Origin: Candidatus Obscuribacteraceae bacterium
GTDB lineage: Bacteria > Cyanobacteriota > Vampirovibrionia > Obscuribacterales > Obscuribacteraceae
Direction: 5' to 3'
Assembly (NCBI GenBank): GCA_044226015.1
Contig: JBGAHS010000010.1
Span: 1 to 64,000, forward strand
Length of the DNA stretch: 64,000 nt
Made by a program: the position numbers and the translations under genes. Of this stretch, positions 10,428-18,844 are shown in pieces. The notes below the pieces were generated by a model. It was given only the letters and a program-made list of their open reading frames with translations, ran no database searches and was not told the DNA's origin. Within the stretch, counting starts at the first letter, position 1. Every line of letters begins with the position of its first letter.

Positions 10428-10952
10428 CTAAAATCCTTCGGACGCACGAAATTTCTTGGGCAGCTCTGTTCCCAACTCTTTCAATTTGCTCAAATCATCG
10501 CCTATTGATTTATTCTTGTCTGAAAGAATAGCGTATCTGGCAGGCTGCAAATTAACAGCCCCTTTAGCGTCAGATCCGGTGGTTCCTCTCCTATCGGTCG
10601 CGTATCGAGTGGGAGTGTCGCCACCCAATCCGTCACCGTTGGAAAGAATCGCATACCGAGCATCTGGCAATTCTTGGAGTGATGTGCCTGGTCGTGCGAT
10701 GCTCGCCGTTGTGACCTTAGGTAGATTCGGTATATTAAAGCTTCCTCGCCCCTGAGTTGCTGTACGTTGGGTGAGTCCAGGAGGTGCAAGCGGTTCGTTG
10801 CCAGGCATCGAGAATTGCTCTGTTTGGGTGTTGGTGGTCTCACTCGGAAGCGATGCACCTCCAAAGCCACTGTCGTCAGCATCATCCGCTCGGACCTGCG
10901 GGCAGAAGAGTGCTGCCAGTAGTATCGTTGCTGCCATGGTTGTCTTCAGCAT
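10428..10952 (-). CDS. Secreted hypothetical protein
   Basis: Signal peptide, GGAGG RBS and an internal ARYAILS repeat. Confidence 0.7.
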   Translation of the reverse strand: MLKTTMAATILLAALFCPQVRADDADDSGFGGASLPSETTNTQTEQFSMPGNEPLAPPGLTQRTATQGRGSFNIPNLPKVTTASIARPGTSLQELPDARYAILSNGDGLGGDTPTRYATDRRGTTGSDAKGAVNLQPARYAILSDKNKSIGDDLSKLKELGTELPKKFRASEGF

Positions 10953-11208
10953 GAGAGAGTGCCTCCAAAGGCAGAATGGACCCTTGAGCGTCCTAGTAAG
11001 AGTAGATCCATCATAAAATTGAGACTGGCGCTTGTCAACCAGGTTAAACCCTAGCTTAAAGGCGTTCGGTATTTAGGAAATCCTCTCTCAGCTCAGATTC
11101 AATGAATCTGATGGGCTGAAAACGCTAACGAGAGCGGAGCCATTATTTTTGCTCTACCTAATTGGAACCAAAGTTGGTAGCTGAGGCTCTGTGTCACCAG
11201 AAATTGAT

Positions 11209-12273
11209 TCACGCGTTAGGGCGAACAAGGTAAGGTAGCATTGCCTCGCGAGGAAATTTGTCTCTGAAGCGCCAGATGAATCCGTCCAAATAGTAGTGAA
11301 CCATTCCGAAGCCGAGAACTATCCCTTTGAGGAGTTGTCCTGAGAGATTGGTATCACCTTGCAGTTTCTGAAAGTAAGTCAATGTCAAAATAAAGAACAC
11401 CAGGCTAAATCCTGAAATGATGTATAGAAGAATCGGTTTCTTTAGTGGAATATTTTCGATTCTTTCTTCGCCCTGGTATTTGCGTTTTGCTACCACAAAG
11501 TTGATACCAATGTACTGGCACCAGTGCACCATGAGCGGTATCATCAATGCGTCGTCGTAATTCTTGCCGAGAAACGCAAATGGTACCAGGTAGGTTACGC
11601 ACAAAAGCCAGAAAAGGAAAGAGGGCGCATTCAAGTGTTTTCCTGCTGCTAGTTCCTTTCCGAGACTCCATATGTAAGCTGCGGAATATGCAATACCTGC
11701 AATTGCAGTTATCGCAATAGGCACCATCATAGGTTCAAACAACGGCGTTCCTGTTAGCAGTTGTTTTCTGAAGAAAACGAGAGCCATGGAGAGCCCTACT
11801 AATCTCTGGCTCCAGCTCTGAATTGCGCGCGGAATTTTTGCTTCGTTAGTCTTACTATTCTGGTATAGCAACATGATTCCGATGTTTTGTTGTATAGCGT
11901 GATTCAGCGACCAGCAGATGTAAATGAAAAATGTCAGTGCTGGAACCGTTATCTCTCCGACTACTGTGGCCACAAAAAGGAAGAGCGGTTGCACTACGAA
12001 ATCCAGAATTCCTTTCTTGCCAACAAAGTAGTGTTTACGATTTTCTTTGTCCAGGAAATGGAACCAGGTGGCACCCTGATGGAATGCACCGAATCCTACA
12101 ATTTCGAATACTATAATGGTGTACAGAAGAGCGTTCGTTGCTTCAAATTGCTGTGCTCCGAGGTAGAGCATCAGTGTAAATGGAACCGGAAGGAAAAAAT
12201 AAAGCAGGTCCTGCCAAGGACTAAACATCCAGTCGAAGCGTATGTTCTGGACTTTTTGGGGAACTGCTTGCAT
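11209..12273 (-). CDS. Polytopic membrane protein of unknown function
   Basis: About 9-10 hydrophobic segments with His-containing motifs (FHQGAT, HAIQQN, HWCQY, HYYLDGFIWRFR). Confidence 0.75.
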   Translation of the reverse strand: MQAVPQKVQNIRFDWMFSPWQDLLYFFLPVPFTLMLYLGAQQFEATNALLYTIIVFEIVGFGAFHQGATWFHFLDKENRKHYFVGKKGILDFVVQPLFLFVATVVGEITVPALTFFIYICWSLNHAIQQNIGIMLLYQNSKTNEAKIPRAIQSWSQRLVGLSMALVFFRKQLLTGTPLFEPMMVPIAITAIAGIAYSAAYIWSLGKELAAGKHLNAPSFLFWLLCVTYLVPFAFLGKNYDDALMIPLMVHWCQYIGINFVVAKRKYQGEERIENIPLKKPILLYIISGFSLVFFILTLTYFQKLQGDTNLSGQLLKGIVLGFGMVHYYLDGFIWRFRDKFPREAMLPYLVRPNA

Positions 12274-12405
12274 AGTTAGTAAGTTAAAATGGAATCGTCA
12301 AATCCAGTAAATCACCCTGAAGGAGCAAATGTCAATACAAATTGGCTTACTGGAAAAATCAGATTGCGTGGCTCGTAACTCAATATTGGTAAGGCTCTTC
12401 GGTAC

Positions 12406-13422
12406 ATGTCTGATTCTAGCAAAACTATAGAGGCTGCCCAGAATAAGCCACTGCACTGGGCTGTACTGGTCTCAATTATTGCATTAATTCTCGGTCTGGT
12501 TTCTTTGAGTGCATACTGGAATTGGGTCGGAATGATCGCGAAATCGCAACAACAGCTTGAAGAAGGAGCCTTGGCTGCTTCTCGTATGAGTTCAAAGGAA
12601 GCGGTATCATTCATGTCACCATTTCAGAAAATTTTTCCAGATGCAATGGCGATCAGTATCCGTTCTTTGATGAATGTTTACGCTTGCAGACGGCATTTTG
12701 ATGAGGCGCAAATTGTCAACCATCGACTTGTTGAATTTGACAAAAGCATTTGGGGTGATAAAAGCTTCCAATATGCTGACGAAATTGCGGGGCTCGCCTT
12801 GATGAAGAGGAAATTGCGTGAGTTCGAGAACTCAGCACGATTGTACGAAACAGCAATTTCAATTTATGAGCATTTTCCTGACAAAGCCGCTGAAAAGGCT
12901 CGTGTTCAAGCCTTGCTTGCTTGGGATTACATTCAGCTAGGACAGCTCGACGAAGCGGAAAAGTTGCTGCAAGAATCGGATGGATTTTTGAAAAGCAAAT
13001 TTGGGGATAGTAGTTTCGAAAGACTGGTGCCACTTATTGAGCTAAGCTCTTTGCATAAGACTCGTGGGAATCCGCTTTATTCCTCGGAGTTAGATACTGC
13101 TTACAGAATTGCAACTGAACCAAAGAGGCTTGAGAAGAGTTCTGCTCAAACTGTTGTGGTACTGAATTTGATGGCACAGATGTTTGTTGAATCGAAGCAG
13201 TTAGAACGTGCTTTGACGAGTTTTGAACTAGCTGAAAAGAACTGTGAAACTAGTGTCTATGGCAGTCGTACCAATCTATTTATGGCGGACATTCTGTTGC
13301 CCGAAGCTGCTTTGTTGCAGCAACTCGGTCGTGTTGATGAGGCTAAAGCTAAGTTAACCGAAGCAACTCACATTAAGCAATTGCGATTTGCTGAGAACGA
13401 GCGTAATCTTGAGTCACCTTGA
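12406..13422 (+). CDS. Membrane-anchored TPR-like protein
   Basis: One N-terminal TM segment followed by TPR-like helices (LAWDYIQLGQLDEAEKLL). Confidence 0.75.
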   Translation: MSDSSKTIEAAQNKPLHWAVLVSIIALILGLVSLSAYWNWVGMIAKSQQQLEEGALAASRMSSKEAVSFMSPFQKIFPDAMAISIRSLMNVYACRRHFDEAQIVNHRLVEFDKSIWGDKSFQYADEIAGLALMKRKLREFENSARLYETAISIYEHFPDKAAEKARVQALLAWDYIQLGQLDEAEKLLQESDGFLKSKFGDSSFERLVPLIELSSLHKTRGNPLYSSELDTAYRIATEPKRLEKSSAQTVVVLNLMAQMFVESKQLERALTSFELAEKNCETSVYGSRTNLFMADILLPEAALLQQLGRVDEAKAKLTEATHIKQLRFAENERNLESP

Positions 13423-13498
13423 GCTGGTTGGTTGTCATGTTGTTGGATAAATTGCACTTTCTGGCTACAATCGCAGGTGTTGTACATCGGAGAGCGCA

Positions 13499-14167
13499 AT
13501 GAATTCGGAATCCAGCGAGGGTGTTTCTTCTAAATCGGGAGCAGATGCAAGTTTAGACAGTGCTTCTGAGAAAGAGAATTTTGGGGCTCCAGTTGAAAAA
13601 TCTTCGGGTCAGGAGTCAGGTGCGGTTCATTCGTCTGGGTCCGGTGAGCCAGTCCTCGTATCAAGTGACGTTGACACTGGTGGTACTTCTTCTTCGTTGA
13701 AGACAGGCTCTGCCAATTTACAGAAATTTTTCATTGAGCTTGCTTCGGCGCAAGCTTTCCTTTTGTTGGTGTGCATGTTTTGTACTTCTCTCTGGTTGTG
13801 GGGAGACCTCGGAATAAGTTCAAGCAAGAATATGAGTGACGCGATTAGAGATTATGATGAGCTTGCTTTGATACGGGTTCCGTTTCTTGCCTGGTCTTAT
13901 CCACTGACTTGCCTGGCCGCAATCGCCACAGGACCGCGTAGTGCATTGGAAGGGAAGTGGGCTCTTTCTACTTTTGGAAGTTTGTTAGTTTACCTTGTGC
14001 TGCTTGGGGCATTCTGTTTTGGTGGGCAGATTCTTCCTTTCATTGGAATTGGTGCGGTGAAAGCGTTCGGGTTGCTTTTTACAAGTGGGGCGATTTTTGT
14101 TCCTGTCGGTATCAATATTGTTGGTTCATTGCTACTTTATTTGGGAAGGCGAATGCGCCTCGTCTGA
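13499..14167 (+). CDS. Membrane protein with Ser-rich N-terminus
   Basis: Low-complexity N-terminus followed by about four TM segments; GGAG RBS. Confidence 0.7.
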   Translation: MNSESSEGVSSKSGADASLDSASEKENFGAPVEKSSGQESGAVHSSGSGEPVLVSSDVDTGGTSSSLKTGSANLQKFFIELASAQAFLLLVCMFCTSLWLWGDLGISSSKNMSDAIRDYDELALIRVPFLAWSYPLTCLAAIATGPRSALEGKWALSTFGSLLVYLVLLGAFCFGGQILPFIGIGAVKAFGLLFTSGAIFVPVGINIVGSLLLYLGRRMRLV

Positions 14168-14263
14168 AATTTTCCAAGCGCTATCGGTTCGAGTTTGGGA
14201 AAATCTGCGAGGCATTTGGAGCGGAGAGTATGAAAATGCCAAGCGCTATCAGTTCGCGTTTTT
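14168..14263. repeat. Doublet of the ~28-bp REP-like palindrome
   Basis: AAGCGCTATC(G/A)GTTCG cores at 14176 and 14241, 65 bp apart. Confidence 0.8.
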
Positions 14264-14333
14264 CTTCGCGCTCATATGCGCGGCGGGCGTTTGGGGGATG
14301 CGACTTGCTTTAACTTTCGCCCCAAAAAACATT

Positions 14334-14362
14334 GGAGTAGGCACTGATTAGGTGCCTACTCC
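14334..14362. other. Perfect 11-bp hairpin between convergent genes, possible terminator
   Basis: GGAGTAGGCAC-TGATTAG-GTGCCTACTCC. Confidence 0.55.
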
Positions 14363-14658
14363 GTTGCGCTCCCACGCAAAATCGGATATCTCAATGCGAC
14401 TTGAGAGTTTTAGTAAGGAGTTAAACCGATATGGTTTGAAGTACCATATTTGAAATCTCTGAACGCAACAGAACACATGAAGCGAACAGCACTGATGCGC
14501 AGCAGAACACATGATGCGCGTCAAGGATGCGACACAGCAGAACACATGATGTGTAGCGAGAACTTGTTTATAAGACTCATCATTGTCCAATCTGGTTCCT
14601 TGAATCAGATTGGACAATTTTGAGCTGGTGGTGTCTGGCTAGAACCGAGATAACTGAG

Positions 14659-15024
14659 CTATAGAGCAGGTTTTGGTGAGCCGATTTCAGTTATTTCAAA
14701 GTTCTCGTAGAGTGCCAGTTCTTCGTACATGTATTCGAGCTGCCGATCGATTTTTAGTTCGCGCGGTCTGTAAACTTGTTCATTTGTGTTTACGAGCCAA
14801 CGAGCTTTGCTCGATCGCTGCCCTTTTCTCTCTTTTTCGAGTTGCTTCATCTCCAGGCAATTCATCATGTCCAGTTTCTTGCCGCCTTGTTCTACGAGGG
14901 TGTATTTCTGTTCTAATTCAGCTTCTGCTGCGGCTTCTTCTCTGGCTCTTTCAAGCGATTGAATCAAGCGTCTCGCTTTGGAGACCTTTTTTTTGACGAA
15001 CAACCCAATACTGTGGATCTTCAT
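14659..15024 (-). CDS. Hypothetical charged/coiled-coil protein
   Basis: 121-aa ORF with an ATG start and helical composition. Confidence 0.55.
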   Translation of the reverse strand: MKIHSIGLFVKKKVSKARRLIQSLERAREEAAAEAELEQKYTLVEQGGKKLDMMNCLEMKQLEKERKGQRSSKARWLVNTNEQVYRPRELKIDRQLEYMYEELALYENFEITEIGSPKPAL

Positions 15025-15186
15025 AATACTTTCCGTGGTGACGAAATTTCGGATAATTCCGAGCTGGACTTAATGCCAACATTCTCATCGTGCACGACGA
15101 GATTCCAACAACACAATTGGAACTCGTAAAAAAAGTATGCATTGTTTTTGTGACGCATTTTAATAGCGCTGAGTCATATCCAAGTT

Positions 15187-15420
15187 GCTCAGTTATCCCG
15201 AGTAGAACAGCTCAGTCATCCCGAGTAGAACAGCTCAGTCATCCCGAGCAAATCAGCACAGCTAGTCATACCGAGTAAATCAGCACAGCTCAGTCATCCC
15301 GAGTAAATCAGCACAGCTCAGTCATACCGAGTAAATCAGCACAGCTCAGTCATCCCGAGCAAATCAGCACAGCTCAGTCATCCCGAGTAAATCAGCACGC
15401 TCAGTTATCCGAGTAGAGCA
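15187..15420. repeat. Tandem array of nine 23-28-bp units
   Basis: GCTCAGTCATCCCGAGTAAATCAGCACA-type units starting at 15187, 15210, 15233, 15261, 15288, 15316, 15344, 15372 and 15399. Confidence 0.92.
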
Positions 15421-15516
15421 ACTCGTGTTGCTCCGGATCCCGAGGGATTCAGCTCACGCAGCTTCAACGAAGCTGCAAATGTGAAAGATCTTGCACAAGT
15501 GGAGGTGTTAACTTAA

Positions 15517-18450
15517 CTACTTCGTGTCAGCGCTATTTTTCTGCAGCCAGTTTTGGATTCTCTCCTGATTTTTCTCTTTGAACAGAACTGCAATGCGCAC
15601 TTCTTCTAGTGAGCGTGAAACTGCTGCCTTAGCCATCTCCATGGGGTGAGCCGCGAAGTAAGCATTCAGGCTATGTTCCATTTCTGCGGAGTTAAAACTT
15701 GAGCAGCTAGCTGCTATTCGTTTGTTAAAACGTGGCGGGAATTTTTTACTTAGTTTGTCCCAGTTGCTAGAGACGAAAGCCCATGCTGCTTGGTTTGATT
15801 CCATTCTGCCTAACATTGCTGTGAGTATTGAAACTGAGTCTGTTGCTCTCGTTTCCTCAGCCAGAGATGATTCCAGGGTCCGAGATATCAGCTCGCTTTG
15901 TCTGAATTCTGTCAGGGCAAGTAAGAAGCGTTTCTCTTCCTGTGGGTTCGCGGCGCTCTTCATCGCCTCTTTTATGCGATCGTACTCTTTTGCGGTCCCG
16001 TTGTAAGCAACAATCCCAAGAACTGTTGATACCATATCTGGGCTCACTGATTCTCTGTCCTTCATATACTTTTCGAAGAGTTTGTTTGCTTCTTCTATGG
16101 TATCGGCATCCTGTCCATAGGTTCCGAGAATTCGAATCAGATCTGCGCGAAGGTCTTTAAGTGTGTCCTCTTCGCCTTTGCTTTCTTCCCATCCCACACG
16201 CTTTTTCAGGGGCAGCAAATAATTGCGAATCAACTTTTCATAGGCATCTTTATTAGATGGTGAAATGAGATATCGCAAGCTTGAAAATTTGTTGACTAAG
16301 GAATTCAAAACTATGGTGTCATTATCAGCTTTCACCTTGAGCATTATGTCGAGGCTCTGCTCAACGGGGATGTCGCCTTTTCTAGCTAAGTACGCGATGT
16401 CCGACATGAGTGATAGTCTTTCTTCGGGAGTCAAATCCTCAAACTTTTCTAGAAGTTTATTCGTTTGCTCTTCTGAATATAGAACCCTATAGAACCCGCT
16501 TGCCCCCGCGTTGAGAAGTGGGCTTGAATCGCCGCAGGCAAAATCATTTTGTTTCTTGTCCAATAGGAAAGATTCTGTTTTGGAATTTGAACTCAGCGAG
16601 CGTGCCATAAGCGGCACGAGCCATTCTTCATTGCCTGCTTTGGCGCCTGGCATAACAAGAAATCTGCTTTGAGCAGCGTTGAACTTGCCCTCAGTCTTTG
16701 CCTTGCCCATGGTGACTAGCGGGAAGCCTGGTTGTGTGATCCACGTCCCCATCATTTTTGCTACTGGTACGCCTTTGCTTGCTGCTCCGATCGAGTTCCA
16801 TAAATCTTCACTGGTGGCATTGTCGAATTTGTGCGCTTCTAAATAATCATGGACGCCTTGTTGGAAGTTCTTTTCGCCCACGAATACTTCAAGCATTCTG
16901 AGTACTGCTGAGCCTTTATCGTATGTTATTGCATCAAACATTTCTGAGGCTTGCTTGGGGTTGCCCACGCGTGCTCTGATTGCTCGCGTTGATGCTAGTT
17001 GGTCGATAGCCATTGCATCCATACGCTCAACGACGCCTTTTGTGCGCACTCGCCATGCTGGGCGCAGAGTGTGTTCTGTTTTTGTTGCAGCCCACGTTGC
17101 AAATGCCTCATTAAGCCAGAGGTCGTCCCACCATCTGTTCGTAACCAGATCTCCGAACCACTGATGCGCCATCTCATGGGCGATTACGCTCAGTGCGCTG
17201 CGCTTAGCAAAATTACTTCCCGTTTTTTCATCTATGAGCAGGAGGCTGTCTTTGAAGGTGATAGCGCCGAGGTTCTCCATCGCTCCTGGGGCGAAATCGG
17301 GTATCGCGATGAGGTCGAGTTTCTTTGCGGGAAACTTGATGCCGAAGTAATCCTGGAGGAAGACCATAATTTCTGCTGCTGCACCGAGTGCGTAACTGCC
17401 CATGGACTCTTGTCCGGTTGGTGCCCAAACTCTGATTGGCACTCCCGCGGAGATTTTTTCCTCAGTGGAGGAAAATTCACCTACAACGAGCACCATTAGA
17501 TAGGTTGACATTCTTGGTGTTGGTTGAAATGCAATGACGCGCTTGTTCGATTCATTTATTTCAGTAACATGATCGATTGGGGCGTTGGAAATTGCCGCAA
17601 GTTTTTTGTCGATAACTGCATTTAGTTGGAACACTGCCTTAAACTCGGGCTCATCAAAGCAGGGAAACATGCGCCGTGCATCTGACGGTTCCATTTGCGA
17701 ACTGCAGAGCCAGTGTTTTTCGCCTTGTTTATCCTTGTAATAGGAGCGATAGAAGCCACGTAGCGAGTCGTTGAGAATTGCAGAGAACTTGAGCTGAAGT
17801 TTGTACTTACCTGGGCTAAGTTCCTGTGGAAAACTGAGTTTCGCTTGTTCGTTTTTAGGGTCCATTTCTACGGAGCCAAGTTGCTTCTTGCTACCGTCCG
17901 CGAGAGTAATTTCTACGTCTGAAATGCTCATTTCAAGCGCGTGCAAGATGATTTCTTTGCGTGCGGATGCGATGTCTAACGTTATGGTTTCTTTGCCGCT
18001 GTAAGTGAATTTTTGGAGGTCGGGTTGGAAGGTCAAGTCGTAGAGGCTAGGTTTGACTTCCTTTGTTAACCTGAGCACGTCGCCAGGTTGAGCGGCAGTT
18101 GATTGTGTTGCCTTTTGGGCGTCTTGTGATGCGGCTGGCGACTGCTTCGATGACGCGGTCGCTGTAGCATTTTGTGATGGTGCCGAGGGTTTTGTCGATT
18201 TCGTCGGTGACGAGGATGTGTGCGACTTAGATTTCGCTCTTCCTTTTTCTGGCTTGTCACTGGGTCCGTTTTGTTTATTTGCGGGAACCTTTGTTTGTGC
18301 AGTTACCGTGCCTGCTGCGTAAGCTGAAAGTGATGAGAGTACTATCGTCGATGCCAGGAGGGCGGAGATCCCGCCAACGTAATGTTTTTCTGAAAACCAA
18401 GAATTTAGCCTGAGCATTTGAACTCTCCATTTTGCCAAAGCTGTAATCAT
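15517..18450 (-). CDS. pepN: M1-family aminopeptidase with ERAP1-like C-terminus, exported
   Basis: GAMEN and HEMAH-x18-E zinc motif, YDKG, and an N-terminal signal-like segment with a low-complexity linker. The exact start is uncertain. Confidence 0.93.
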   Translation of the reverse strand: MITALAKWRVQMLRLNSWFSEKHYVGGISALLASTIVLSSLSAYAAGTVTAQTKVPANKQNGPSDKPEKGRAKSKSHTSSSPTKSTKPSAPSQNATATASSKQSPAASQDAQKATQSTAAQPGDVLRLTKEVKPSLYDLTFQPDLQKFTYSGKETITLDIASARKEIILHALEMSISDVEITLADGSKKQLGSVEMDPKNEQAKLSFPQELSPGKYKLQLKFSAILNDSLRGFYRSYYKDKQGEKHWLCSSQMEPSDARRMFPCFDEPEFKAVFQLNAVIDKKLAAISNAPIDHVTEINESNKRVIAFQPTPRMSTYLMVLVVGEFSSTEEKISAGVPIRVWAPTGQESMGSYALGAAAEIMVFLQDYFGIKFPAKKLDLIAIPDFAPGAMENLGAITFKDSLLLIDEKTGSNFAKRSALSVIAHEMAHQWFGDLVTNRWWDDLWLNEAFATWAATKTEHTLRPAWRVRTKGVVERMDAMAIDQLASTRAIRARVGNPKQASEMFDAITYDKGSAVLRMLEVFVGEKNFQQGVHDYLEAHKFDNATSEDLWNSIGAASKGVPVAKMMGTWITQPGFPLVTMGKAKTEGKFNAAQSRFLVMPGAKAGNEEWLVPLMARSLSSNSKTESFLLDKKQNDFACGDSSPLLNAGASGFYRVLYSEEQTNKLLEKFEDLTPEERLSLMSDIAYLARKGDIPVEQSLDIMLKVKADNDTIVLNSLVNKFSSLRYLISPSNKDAYEKLIRNYLLPLKKRVGWEESKGEEDTLKDLRADLIRILGTYGQDADTIEEANKLFEKYMKDRESVSPDMVSTVLGIVAYNGTAKEYDRIKEAMKSAANPQEEKRFLLALTEFRQSELISRTLESSLAEETRATDSVSILTAMLGRMESNQAAWAFVSSNWDKLSKKFPPRFNKRIAASCSSFNSAEMEHSLNAYFAAHPMEMAKAAVSRSLEEVRIAVLFKEKNQERIQNWLQKNSADTK

Positions 18451-18485
18451 ATATCTTTCTATGCTCTCAGAAACCTGTAAGCATC

Positions 18486-18834
18486 AAAACGCGAAGCGAT
18501 AGCGGTTGGCGTTTAAGAGGATTATGTGCGTGCGAGCGCTTGGGAACGCAAAACGCGAAGCGATAGCGGTTGGCGTTTAAGAGGTTTATCTGTGTGCGAG
18601 CGCTTGGGAACGCAAAACGCGAAGCGATAGCTGTTGGCGTTTGCGAGGATTATGTGTGTGCGAGCGCTTGGGAACGCAAAACGCGAAACGATAGCGGTTG
18701 GCGTTTAAGAGGATTATGTGTGTGCGAGCGCTTGGGAACGCAAAACGCGAAGCGATAGCGGTTGGCGTTTAAGAGGATTATGTGTGTGCGAGCGCTTGGG
18801 AACGCAAAACGCGAAGCGATAGCGGTTCGCGTAT
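18486..18834. repeat. 64-bp tandem array (five units plus a terminal palindrome) built on the REP-like element
   Basis: Units start at 18486, 18550, 18614, 18678, 18742 and 18806; each is AAAACGCGAAGCGATAGCGGTTGGCGTTT plus a near-identical 35-bp linker. Confidence 0.95.
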
Positions 18835-18844
18835 CGATCAAATA

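Noticed and set aside
18486..18834. CRISPR array (29-bp palindromic repeat plus 35-bp spacer); likewise 33129-33450
   Set aside because: The spacers are near-identical copies of each other rather than unique sequences, and there is no cas gene or evident leader in the window.
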